A stretch of 64,000 nt of DNA from an uncultured Acidobacteriota bacterium (GTDB lineage: Bacteria; Acidobacteriota; Vicinamibacteria; Fen-336), in the NCBI GenBank assembly GCA_963697835.1, contig CAVOPG010000001.1, positions 646,803 to 710,802 on the forward strand, given 5' to 3'. The notes beneath the pieces are model-generated. The model ran no database searches. It was not told the origin of the DNA and saw only the letters and a list, made by a program, of their open reading frames with translations. The position numbers were made by a program, and so were the translations under genes. Positions 17,952-28,255 of this stretch are shown here, in pieces (the first letter of the stretch is position 1; each line of letters begins with the position of its first letter).

Positions 17952-20900
17952 ATGAGCACGACGGCCGACCCGCTCCTGGAGACCCTGGTCAACGACTTCG
18001 GGAGCAACTACGCGTTCGCCCTCGACCTGCTCGAGCAGTACCGACAGGACCGGCGGAGCGTCGACGCGACCTGGCGCGCCTACTTCGACAAGGCCCTCGG
18101 CCGGCCGACCGAGGCGGTCGAGCCGCCGGTCACCGTGATCGTCAACGAGGCGCCGAGGGAGGCGCCGGCCGAGGCCGCGGGCTCCGGGCGAAAGACGCTC
18201 GCCCGCCGGGACGTGCCGGTGGTGGCCGCGGGCGACCGCTCGAAGGCGGTGGCGCGCGTCTCCGATCCTTCCCGGCGACATCCTCCAGCCGATCCGGGGA
18301 GGGGCGGTGCGCATCGTCCAGAACATGGAGGCGAGCCTCCAGATCCCGACCGCCACGTCCGCGCGCACCATCCCGGTCCGCACGCTCGAGGAGAACCGCC
18401 GCGTCCTCAACCGGCACCGCGAGGCGGCAGGCCAGGGCAAGGTGAGCTTCACCCACCTCGTGGCGTGGGCCATCCTCCGCGCGCTCGACACCTTCCCCCG
18501 CCTGAACGACGCCTACGCCGAGGTGGACGGCCAGCCCCACCGCATCCAGCGCGACCAGGTGCGCCTCGGGATCGCGGTGGACGTGCAGAGGAAGGACGGC
18601 TCGCGCACCCTGCTCGTCCCGAACGTCAAGGACGCGCAGAAGCTGAGCTTCGCCGAGTTCCTGAAGGCCTTCGACGACCTCGTGGCCCGCTCGAGGAAGG
18701 GAGGGGTCTCGCCCGACGACTTCATGGGCACGACGGTCTCGCTCACCAACCCCGGCACCGTGGGCACGACCTCGTCCGCCCCGCGCCTCATGCCCGGCCA
18801 GGGCGTGATCGTGGCGACGGGCGCCCTCGACTACCCGGCCGAGTACAAGTCGATGGCCCCGCGCACCCTGGGACTCCTCGGGATCAGCAAGGTCATGACG
18901 GTGACGTCCACGTACGACCACCGCGTCATCCAGGGAGCGGAGTCGGGCCTCTTCCTCGCTCGCATGGAAGACCTCCTCAAGGGCGAGGACGGCTTCTACG
19001 ACCGCGTCTTCGCGGACCTCGGGCTGCCGCACCGGCCGGTGAAGTGGGAGATGGACACGAATCCCGCCCTCTTCGGGACGCCGGGCGGCCGCGAGGAGGT
19101 GGAGAAGCAGACGAAGGTCCTGCAGCTCATCCACAACTACCGGGTGCGCGGCCACCTCGTGGCCGACCTCGACCCGCTCGACCGGGCCCGCGCCCCGCAC
19201 CGCGACCTCGACCCCGCCACCTACGGCCTCACCCTCTGGGACCTCGACCGCGAGTTCGTGACCGGCGGGCTGTCCGGCGAGGACAAGGGGACGCTGCGCG
19301 AGATCCTCGACACCCTGCGGGAGACCTACTGCGGGACGATCGGCGTCGAGTACATGTACATCGCCGACCCCGAGCGGAAGGAGTGGCTCCAGCACCGCAT
19401 GGAGTCGACGCGGAACTACCCGGCCACCGACGCGGCGAGCAAGAGGCGAGTCCTCGAGAAGATCGTCGAGGCGGAGAGCTTCGAGCGGTTTCTCCACACG
19501 AAGTACGTGGGGCACAAGCGCTTCTCGCTCGAGGGCGGGGAGGCGCTCATCCCGCTCCTCGACCGTGTCCTGAACGACGCGGCCCTGCGGGGGCTGCGGG
19601 AGGTCGTGATCGGCATGCCGCACCGGGGGCGGCTCAACGTCCTCGCCACCACGGTGGGCAAGCCCCTCTCGCAGATCTTCGCCGAGTTCGAGGGCAACGA
19701 CCCGTCGTCCTACCAGGGGTCGGGCGACGTGAAGTACCACCTCGGCGCCACCGGCACCCACCTCGGCGACACCGGCGAGACGATCGCGGTGACCGTCGCT
19801 CCGAACCCCAGCCACCTCGAGTTCGTGAACCCGGTGGTCGAGGGAATGGTGCGCGCCAAGCAGGACGCGATCGGCGACCGCGAGCACACCCGCGTGCTGC
19901 CCGTGCTCCTCCACGGGGACGCGGCCTTCGCCGGGCAGGGCGTCGTGGCCGAGACGATGCACCTCTCCGGCCTCCACGGCTACCGCACGGGCGGCACGAT
20001 CCACGTGGTGGTGAACAACCAGATCGGGTTCACCACCCTGCCCGAGGACGCGCGGAGCTCCACCTACGCGACCGACGTCGCCAAGATGGTCCACGCCCCC
20101 GCCTTCCACGTGAACGGCGACGATCCCGAGGCCGTGGCCTACGTGGCCGGCCTCGCCCTCGAGTACCGGCAGAAGTTCCGGAAGGACGTCGTGATCGACC
20201 TGGTGTGCTACCGCCGCTGGGGCCACAACGAGACCGACGAGCCGAGCTACACCCAGCCGCTCATGTACGCGAGGATCAAGACCCACCCGTCCGCGGCGAC
20301 TCTCTACGGCGAGAAGCTGGTGCGCGAGGGCGTCCTCACCCGGGAGGAGCTCGACAAGGTCTGGGCCGACAAGAAGGCCGCGATGCAGGCGGAGGGCGGC
20401 GAGGCGAAAGCTCCCTTCGTCGTCATCGCCCGCCGGGAGCCGCACGAGCCGGCGCCGGTCGACGCCTCGGCGATGTGGGGGCGCCTGAAGACGGTGCTCC
20501 GGGCCCTCGGCACGCTCCCCGACGGGTTCGAGATCCACCCGAAGCTCGTCCCCTTCGTGCGGAGGCGGGCGGAGCTCCTCGAGGGCAAGGGCGAGGTGGA
20601 CTGGGCGACGGGGGAGTCTCTCGCGTGGGGGACGCTCCTTCTCGAGGGCGTGCCGGTGCGCCTCTCGGGGCAGGACTCCGGGCGCGGCACCTTCTCGCAG
20701 CGCCACGCCGTCCTCCACGACGTCAGGACGCAGAACGAGTACGTGCCGCTCAACGCGGTCGCCCCGTCGGGGGTCCGCTTCGAGGTCTACGACTCGCTCC
20801 TCTCCGAGGCGGCGATCGTGGGCTTCGAGTACGGCTACTCGGTGGCCGAGCACCGGACGCTGGTGCTGTGGGAGGCGCAGTTCGGCGACTTCATGAACGG

Positions 20901-21627
20901 CGCCCAGGTCATCATCGACCAGTTCCTGTCGGGCTCGGAGACGAAGTGGGGCCAGCCGAGCGGCCTCGTCCTCCTCCTGCCGCACGGCCACGAGGGGCAG
21001 GGGCCCGAGCACTCGAGCGCGCGCATCGAGCGCTTCCTGACGCTCGCCGCCGAGGACAACCTGCGCGTCGCCTACCCCTCGACGCCCGCGTCCTATTTCC
21101 ACCTCCTGCGGCGGCAAGGCCGCGATCCCGTGGAGAAGCCGCTCGTCGTCTTCACGCCGAAGAGCCTGCTGCGCCACCCCCGGTGCGTCTCGTCGCTCCA
21201 GGATCTGGCCGACGGCCGCTTCGAGCCGGCGATCGACGATCGCGCCGCGGACCCGGCGCGGGTCCGTCGGGTGGTGCTCTGCAGCGGGAAGGTCTACTTC
21301 GACCTGCTGAAGGCGCGCGACGACGCGAGGCGCGACGACGTCGCCCTCGTGCGCGTCGAGCGGCTCTACCCGTTCCCGGCGGCGGAGCTCGCCGCCGCGC
21401 TCGCCCGGTACTCGCCGCAGGCGAGAATCGTGTGGTGCCAGGAGGAGCCGCGGAACATGGGCGCGTGGCGCTTCGTGCGCGAGCGCTTCCTTGACGGCGA
21501 CGTCGAGGCCGGCGGTCGGCAGCCCCGCTACGCGGGCCGCGCCGCCTCGGCCGCCCCCGCCCCCGGCTCGCTGAAGGTGCACCTCGCCGAGCAGGAGGCG
21601 CTCGTGCGGGAGGCGCTGGGCGGGTAG
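17952..21627 (+). CDS. kgd: Kgd/OdhA-type multifunctional 2-oxoglutarate dehydrogenase E1 with embedded E2-type acyltransferase catalytic domain (one frame break near ~18262)
   Basis: SucA N-terminus [31 protein letters not shown]2 catalytic domain ([24 protein letters not shown]...[15 protein letters not shown]). E1 core ([57 protein letters not shown]). Confidence 0.9.
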
Positions 21628-21733
21628 GGGCGAGCGATGGACCACGAGGGAGGAGGAACCCGGGCTTCTGACGGTATACTGGACCTATCCGGGGCTCCGA
21701 GCCGCCCCCCATTCCCTTCCTGAGAGCAGGAGC

Positions 21734-23585
21734 ATGGCCACGACCGCCGCACCGCCACGCCGTCGCGAAGTCCTCGACAGCGCCGTCATCCGCTTCGCCG
21801 GGGACTCCGGCGACGGGATGCAGATCACCGGCAGCCAGTTCACGAACACGACCGCCCTCTTCGGGAACGACATCGCCACGTTCCCCGACTATCCCGCCGA
21901 GATCCGCGCCCCCGCGGGCACGCTGCCCGGGGTGAGCGGGTTCCAGGTTCAATTCGGCGCCCGCGACGTCCCCACGCCGGGCGACGCCGTGGACGCGCTC
22001 GTGGCCATGAACCCGGCCGCGCTGAAGGTGAACCTGGCCGACCTCAAGCGGGGCGGCATCCTCATCGTGAACGCCGACGACTTCAAGGAGACGGACCTCA
22101 AGAAGGCGGGAATGGCCGCGAACCCTCTCGAGGACCGCTCGCTCGAGGGGTACCGCGTCTTCGCCGGTCGAGCTCACCAAGCTCACCCGCGCCGCGCTCC
22201 GGGAGACGGGGCTCGACGCGAAGAGCATGGACCGGTGCAAGAACTTCTTCGCGCTCGGCATGTGCTACTGGCTCTACAACCGGTCGATGGACGCCACCAA
22301 CCGGTGGCTGGACGACAAGTTCAAGGCCAAGCCCGCTCTCGCCGAGGCCAACAAGCTCTCCCTGAAGGCGGGCTACGCCTACTGCGACGCGACCGAGGCG
22401 TTCGAGGTGACTTTCGAGGTCCCGCCGGCGCGGCTTCAGCCCGGCGTCTACCGCAACCTCTCCGGCAACAGCGCCCTCGCTCTCGGCTTCGTGGCCGCTT
22501 CGCAGAAGGCGGGCATCCCGCTCTTCCAGGGCAGCTACCCGATCACGCCGGCCTCCGACATCCTGCACGAGCTGTCGATGTACAAGGAGTTCGGGGTCGT
22601 GACCTTCCAGGCCGAGGACGAGATCGCCGCCATCACGTCCGCGATCGGCGCCGCCTACGCAGGCTCGCTCGCCATCACCACGACCTCGGGCCCGGGCATG
22701 GCCCTCAAGACCGAGGCGATCGGTCTCGCCACCGCGGTCGAGCTGCCCCTCGTGATCGTGGACATCCAGCGCGGTGGGCCCTCGACGGGGCTCCCCACGA
22801 AGACCGAGCAGGCCGACCTCTTCCAGGCGCTCTTCGGCCGCAACTCCGAGGCGCCGGTGCCGGTGCTGGCCGCGTCCTCGCCGGGCGACTGCTTCTGGGT
22901 GGCGCTCGAGGCGAGCCGCATCGCGATCAAGTACATGGTGCCGGTCATCGTGCTGTCCGACGGCTACCTCGCGAACGGCGCCGAGCCCTGGCGCGTCCCC
23001 GCCGTCGAGGATCTGCCCGAGATCCCGGTCCGCTTCCGCACCGACCCCGCCTTGTTCCGGCCCTACGCGCGCGAGCCGCACACGCTGTCGCGCCCGTGGA
23101 CGGTGCCGGGGACGCCCGGGCTCGAGCACCGCGTGGGGGGCCTCGAGAAGGAGGACGGCAGCGGCAACATCAGCTACGAGCCTCTCAACCACGAGACGAT
23201 GGTCCGACTGCGCGCCGCGAAGGTCGAGGCCGTCGTGGGGGACGTGCCCGACGTCGTGGCGGCCGGCGAACCCGACGGCGATCTGCTGATCGTCGGCTGG
23301 GGCTCGACGTATGGCGCCATCACGGCGGCCCTCCGCGCCCAGCGCGGGAAGGGCCGCCGCATCGGCCACGTGCACCTCCGGCACCTCAACCCGCTGCCGA
23401 AGAACCTGGGCGACGTGATCCAGCGTTACCGGCGCGTGCTCGTGCCGGAGCTCAACATGGGGCAGCTCCTCTTCGTGCTCCGCGCGAAGTACCTGGTGGA
23501 CGCGATCGGGTACTCGAAGGTCCAGGGCAAGCCCTTCATGCAGTCCGAGATCGAGTCGAAGATCGACGAGATCCTGGGAAGGTAG
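21734..23585 (+). CDS. korA: 2-oxoacid:ferredoxin oxidoreductase subunit alpha (one frame break near ~22165)
   Basis: [15 protein letters not shown], then after the break [39 protein letters not shown] and [17 protein letters not shown]. Removing one G at 22162-22168 restores YRVFAVELTKLT. Confidence 0.9.
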
Positions 23586-23594
23586 GCGAGCGAC

Positions 23595-24614
23595 ATGGCG
23601 GCAACGCTCCCGGCGTACACGAAGAAGGACTTCCAGAGCGACCAGGAGGTGCGGTGGTGCCCCGGCTGCGGGGACTACGCGATCCTGTCCGCCGTCCAGT
23701 CGGTCTTCCCCGAGCTCGGGGTGCCGAAGGAGAAGTTCGTGATCGTCTCGGGCATCGGCTGCTCGAGCCGGTTTCCCTACTACGTGAACACCTTCGGCTT
23801 CCACACCATCCACGGACGGGCGCCGGCGGTGGCGACCGGGGTGAAGATCGCCCGGCCCGATCTCGAGGTGTGGGTGGCGACGGGTGACGGCGACTCGCTC
23901 TCGATCGGCGGGAACCACACGATCCACATGCTGCGGCGCAACGTGGGGATCAAGGTGCTGCTCTTCAACAACCGGATCTACGGCCTGACCAAGGGGCAGT
24001 ACTCGCCGACCTCCGAGCTCGGCAAGAAGGCGAAGTCGACGCCCTACGGCTCGCTCGACCGGCCCTTCAACCCGCTGTCGCTCGCCCTCGGGGCCGAGGC
24101 CACGTTCGTGGCCCGCTCGGTGGACGTCTTCCAGCCCCATCTCAAGGCCGTCCTCAGGAAGGCCGCCGCCCACAAGGGCTCGGCGTTCGTCGAGGTGCTG
24201 CAGAACTGCAACATCTTCAACGACGGCGCGTGGGAAGGCCTGACCGAAAAGGGGTTGCGCGACGACGCGACCCTAGCGCTGGAGCACGGCCAGCCGCTCG
24301 TGTTCGGGAAGGCGCGCGACAAGGGCATCCGCATGAACCGCTTCGCCCTCGAGGTGGTGAAGCTCGGCGGCGGCGTCAGCGAGAAGGAGCTCATCGTCCA
24401 CGACGAGAAGGACCCGAATCCCGCGTATGCGTTCCTGCTGTCGCGGATGGACGGGACGCCGGGATTCCCGACGCCGATCGGCGTCCTGCGCGCGGTCGAC
24501 GCGCCGCCGTACGAGGCGCTGATCGCCGACCAGGTCCGCGCGGTCACCGAGAAGAAGGGGCGCGGCGATCTCGCGCGCCTGCTGCGCGCCGGCGACACGT
24601 GGGAAGTGCGGTAA
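23595..24614 (+). CDS. korB: 2-oxoacid:ferredoxin oxidoreductase subunit beta
   Basis: [58 protein letters not shown]. Confidence 0.95.
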   Translation: MAATLPAYTKKDFQSDQEVRWCPGCGDYAILSAVQSVFPELGVPKEKFVIVSGIGCSSRFPYYVNTFGFHTIHGRAPAVATGVKIARPDLEVWVATGDGDSLSIGGNHTIHMLRRNVGIKVLLFNNRIYGLTKGQYSPTSELGKKAKSTPYGSLDRPFNPLSLALGAEATFVARSVDVFQPHLKAVLRKAAAHKGSAFVEVLQNCNIFNDGAWEGLTEKGLRDDATLALEHGQPLVFGKARDKGIRMNRFALEVVKLGGGVSEKELIVHDEKDPNPAYAFLLSRMDGTPGFPTPIGVLRAVDAPPYEALIADQVRAVTEKKGRGDLARLLRAGDTWEVR

Positions 24615-24679
24615 CACTTCGTAGCACTTTCGCCCGACTTTTCCTCTTGACAGCGTGCGGGGTGCGGGACGATCTTTGG

Positions 24680-24968
24680 GGCAGAGATAGCGCCCGCCAC
24701 CACCGGAGGAGGTGAAGCCGAGGCGGAAGCGATCTCGATGGGGCGCGACGGGCCGACGACGCGCGAGGCGGGATCGGCGACCGGCGCCACGGAGCTTCCG
24801 GAAGACGCGAGGAGCGAGAGATGGAAGCAGAGGGCAGTCCGCCGGGCCCGACGGGGGCCGAAAGGCCCGTGACCCTCACGTGAATGATTGAAGCGCACCC
24901 TGTGGTGCGCTGGGCGAGAATGCCCCGAAAATGACACGACCCGGGAGCCTGGCTCCCGGGTCTTTTTC
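24680..24968 (+). ncRNA. Candidate structured non-coding transcript (family unknown)
   Basis: No credible ORF. TTGACA at 24647-24652, but only a weak -10. Stem-loops: GGGCC-GAAA-GGCCC (24855-24868) and AGCGCACC-ctgt-GGTGCGCT (24892-24911). A strong intrinsic terminator sits at the 3' end. The 5' end is a guess. Confidence 0.3.
24938..24968 (+). terminator. Rho-independent terminator
   Basis: GACCCGGGAGCC-t-GGCTCCCGGGTC, perfect 12-nt arms, followed by TTTTTC. A U-tract exists only on the + strand. Confidence 0.8.
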
Positions 24969-25147
24969 TATTGAGGGGTGCTGCGACGTGCCGGCGATCT
25001 CGGCGCTGTTGTTGAGGTCTATGCCGATAGCGCGGTTGAAGTTGAGTTCATTCGTGCATCCGGGCAAACAAAGGCACTGGTCACCCTGCACACCTCTGAC
25101 CTGCGCGCGGTAGCTGCCAGCGACATCCTCTCCGTCAGAGGTTCGGT

Positions 25148-26843
25148 CTAGTCCGGCATCGGCGGGAGCGGAAGGCGCAGCGGCCCTTCTTCCGTTTCGA
25201 GCAGCACGTCGGTCGTCTCGATGGCGCGCACGACGCCGTCCGCGAGGCGGTCGCCGGGACGGTACGCGTAGAGCTGCCCCGTCGGCGCGTGGGCGAACAC
25301 CACGAGGCTCTCTCCCGCCGAGGCGATTCCGGCGAGCTGGAACTCGAGCACCGTCAGCTCCTCGCGCCGCAGCGAGAGGCGCGGCTCGGGGCCCCCGCGG
25401 GCCACGGGAACAGGCGCCTCGCCCGCGCCCGTGCGCCGCTCCACCACGCGGCGATCCTCCTCGATGCGCTCGGTCAGGCCGGCCGCGTCGAGGACGGCCG
25501 AGCGCACGGCGAAGAGCGGCGCGTCCTTCGTCCACACGCTCACGCGCCCGAGGAACCCGGGCGGCCCGAGCGCGGCGAGGCTGGCGTCCACGTCGGCCAT
25601 TCCGGCGAGGAGGTCGCGCACCTCGGCCCGCTTCAGGGCGAAGCCCGCGGGCGGGCCGGCCACCGGCACGTCCTTGCGGACGGCGACCCGGGCGTTGGAG
25701 ACGACCCGCACGGGCCCCGGGTCGGTGATCTCGACTCCCGACGCCTTGCGGATGGCGGCCAGCGTCTCGTCCAGGGTGGCCCGCGTCACCTCGACGCTCA
25801 CGCGACCCACGACGCTCTCGTGGACGACGAAGCCGCCCGCGCCGAGGGCGGCGAGCGCCTGGAAGACGTCGGCGAAGTCCACGTCGCGCAGGCGCAGGGT
25901 GAGTGGACCGCGGCCGGGGTCCTTCCCGGTGGGGACCCGGCCCCTGACCACGATCGCCTTCGCCGCGTCGCGGTCGACGCGGCAGGGCGCTTCGTCCTGC
26001 TCGAACGGGTCGTCGACCGGCACGGGCAGCTCGGCGTCGGGGCCGGCGACCGGGCTCTTCCCGCGCGCCTCGAAGCGGTGGCAGGCGCCCTGCTTCGCCA
26101 TGAGGAACTCCGACACGCGGAAGAAGCCCCGCTCGAGCCGGCTCTCGAAGGCGCGCACCGGCCCCTCGCCGACCGCGAGCCCGCGCATCGTGAACTCCTC
26201 GGCGAGCGAGGCGTAGCCGAGCACCACCGGCCGCTCGCGCACCACCGCGGCGAGCTCCGAGAGGAAGAGACGGGGGCTGCGCCGGGCACGCCGCCGGGCG
26301 GCGATCACGTCCGACTTCGCGAAGGCGAGCGACTGGTCGCGGAGAAAGGCGTCGAGAGTGGGACGAGGCACGCCGGATGGGCGGCCCGCCGGCGACTCCG
26401 GGGGGGACGGCAGCGGGGCGCGCGCCGGCCAGTAGGGGAAGCGGATGACGGCCGCGAGCTGGATCACGTTCTCGCTGGTGGCGGTGAGGGTCAGGCTCTC
26501 GACGTCCGCCAGGCGGTGCGAGACCGCGACCTTCTGGAAGAAGCGGTCGATCGGCCCCGTAGCCCCCGAGCGCCGTCAGGTCGAGCACCACCTCGCCGCG
26601 CGTGCCCGACTCGACGGGGGGCCGCGGCTGGACCTCCACGCGGGCGAGGTGGGCGACCTCGGCCAGATCCCGGACGACGAGCACGTCGGCCGACGCGGTC
26701 GGGCCGTCCGGGAGGATGCGGCGGAGCGTCTCCAGGCGGCGGTCGAGGAGGAGCCGCTCTTCGGCGAAGGGGCGGGCGGGCGGGACGGCCAGGAGCGCGG
26801 CGAAGAGGGCCAGGAGCACGCCCGATGATACATGCGGCGCCAC
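25148..26843 (-). CDS. Orphan multi-module protein with PilO-like, PilN-like, two secretin-N0/STN-like and a PilP-like segment (one frame break near ~26528)
   Basis: N-terminal TM, then ...LDLTALGGYG|PIDRFFQKVAVSHRLADVESLTLTATSENVIQLAAVIRFPYW (PilO/GspM-like). VVLGYASLAEEFTMRGLAVGEGPVRAFESRL (PilN-like). LTLRLRDVDFADVFQALAALGAGGFVVHESVVGRVSVEVTRATLDETLAAIRKASGVEI (STN/N0-like, repeated once). C-terminus LEFQLAGIASAGESLVVFAHAPTGQLYAYRPGDRLADGVVRAIETTDVLLE (PilP/GspC-HR-like). Domain calls are by eye and the start codon is uncertain. Confidence 0.6.
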
Positions 26844-26873
26844 GGGTGTCGCGTTCGCACGCGCGGCGGTCGG

Positions 26874-27533
26874 CTACGGGCGGCGGGCCCGCCGCCGCCA
26901 GAGCGACACCTCGGGCGGCGGCTTCGTGCCCGGCGCGAGCCGGGGGTCGGCGACGGGCTCCAGCGGCTCGAGACGCAGCGGCAGCTCGCCCGCCCAGACG
27001 GCGAGAGCGTAGTCGTCCTCGTCGTCCTTCGGCGGGCCGGTTCGCACCTTCGCCGAGGCCTCGTCGAGCGGCAGGGCGACGACGCGGGTGGCGCGGAGCT
27101 CGTTCTCGGACGGCGGGCGGACGCTCGCCACGCGCCCCGGGACGACGTGCTCGACGATCGCGTCGAGCGCCCGGCGCTTCTCCGCGGGCTCGGTGAGCTC
27201 GGTGGCCGTCCCCACCACGACGACGCTCCTGTAGTTCATCGAGTGGTGGAAGCCGGAGCGGGCGAGAACGAGGCCGTCGAGGAGCGTGACCGTCACGCAG
27301 GCGGGGGTGCCGGCGGCCAGGGCCTTCACCATGCGGCTCGCCGCCGACCCGTGGACGACCAGCCGTTCGCCCACTCGCGCGTAGGCCGAGGGGATGACGA
27401 ACGGCTGGCCCTCGTCCACGAAGCCGACGTGGCAGACGAGCCCCTCGTCGAGGATGGCGTGAATGGTCGTCCGGTCGTAGCGGGCGCGTTCCGGCAGGCG
27501 TCGCACGGTGGTACGCGGGGTGGGACCGCTCAC
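26874..27533 (-). CDS. Pyridoxamine 5'-phosphate oxidase-family FMN-binding protein
   Basis: ARYDRTTIHAILDEGLVCHVGFVDEGQPFVIP...HGSAASRM...SGFHHSMNYRSVVV, the COG3467-type pattern. Confidence 0.85.
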   Translation of the reverse strand: MSGPTPRTTVRRLPERARYDRTTIHAILDEGLVCHVGFVDEGQPFVIPSAYARVGERLVVHGSAASRMVKALAAGTPACVTVTLLDGLVLARSGFHHSMNYRSVVVVGTATELTEPAEKRRALDAIVEHVVPGRVASVRPPSENELRATRVVALPLDEASAKVRTGPPKDDEDDYALAVWAGELPLRLEPLEPVADPRLAPGTKPPPEVSLWRRRARRP

Positions 27534-27560
27534 GTCAGGCCCGGAGCCGGGGACACCGTC

Positions 27561-28085
27561 TCACAAGTCGTCGTCTTCGGGGATGTCGTCGCGCCGGCGG
27601 CGTGGGCTCTGCTTCCGCGCGGGCTTCTGGTCGGGCTTCTGGCGGAAGCGCCGGCCACGCTGCTCCTCGACCGAGCCGGGCACCGGGAACTCGGGGGCCG
27701 GTGGCCCCGAGCGATAGCCGCCGCCCCCGCCGTACCCGCCGCCGGGGCGGGAGAACCCGCCGCCACCCGGGCGGGAGAAGCCGCCGCCGCCGCCGGGGGA
27801 CGGCCGCGAGAAGCCGGGCGCGCCCGCGGGGCGGGGCGGCCGGTTCTCGGCCTCGTTCACGCGGAGCGGGCGGCCCTTGAGGTCCTTCCCGTTCAGCTGC
27901 TCGATGGAGCGCTGCGCGGCCTCGTCGCTCTCGAACTCGACGAAGGCGAATCCGCGCGGGCGTCCCGTCTCTCGGTCCGTGGGAACCTTGGCGTCCACGA
28001 CCCGTCCGGCGGCACTGAAGGCTTCGATGAGCTCCTCGCGCGTCACGTCGAAGCTCAGGTTGCCCACGAATACCTTGTTCGAAAT
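27561..28085 (-). CDS. RRM (RNP-1/RNP-2) RNA-binding protein with Gly-rich and charged tail; probable ATT start
   Basis: RNP-2 is KVFVGNLSF and RNP-1 is RGFAFVEF. Tail: GGGGGFSRPGGGGFSRPGGGYGGGGGY...RRRRDDIPEDDDL. AAGGAGA lies 6 nt upstream of ATT at 28085-28083. The ORF-track GTG start at 28067 would cut RNP-2. Confidence 0.85.
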   Translation of the reverse strand: MSNKVFVGNLSFDVTREELIEAFSAAGRVVDAKVPTDRETGRPRGFAFVEFESDEAAQRSIEQLNGKDLKGRPLRVNEAENRPPRPAGAPGFSRPSPGGGGGFSRPGGGGFSRPGGGYGGGGGYRSGPPAPEFPVPGSVEEQRGRRFRQKPDQKPARKQSPRRRRDDIPEDDDL

Positions 28086-28255
28086 GGCTCGTCTCCTTGA
28101 TGCGACCCTTCCCGCCGCGCGCGACTCCCTGAAGCCGCGCGAGTCGCGTTCGGGGCGGGATGTCGCAGGACTCTAGCAGAAAGCCCGGCGCTTTCCAACG
28201 ACTTGGGGACGCGGCGGCGTCCAGGGGGCGGGTGTATAAGAGGCCCCGGCCGGCC

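Noticed and set aside
18142-21645. 1167-aa ORF on the - strand opposite kgd. Similar long antisense ORFs occur at 22098..24173 and 37350..39524.
   Set aside because: Low-complexity, Arg-rich translations. The opposite strand carries unmistakable enzyme motifs.
24790-24845. GGAAGCAG...GGCAG, reminiscent of the SRP (4.5S) RNA domain IV.
   Set aside because: The expected GNRA-closed helix and the complementary 5' strand (UCAGG-type) are missing, and the spacing does not fit. I also found no RNase P (GAGGAAAGUCC) or tmRNA signature in the region.
24711-24883. Highly basic small ORF (GTG start, VKPRRKRSRWGATGRRRARR...) and the 44-aa ATG ORF at 24738, both in the korB-downstream gap.
   Set aside because: The composition is typical of out-of-frame GC-rich sequence. 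SD spacing is wrong: 0 nt for the first ORF and more than 20 nt for the second.
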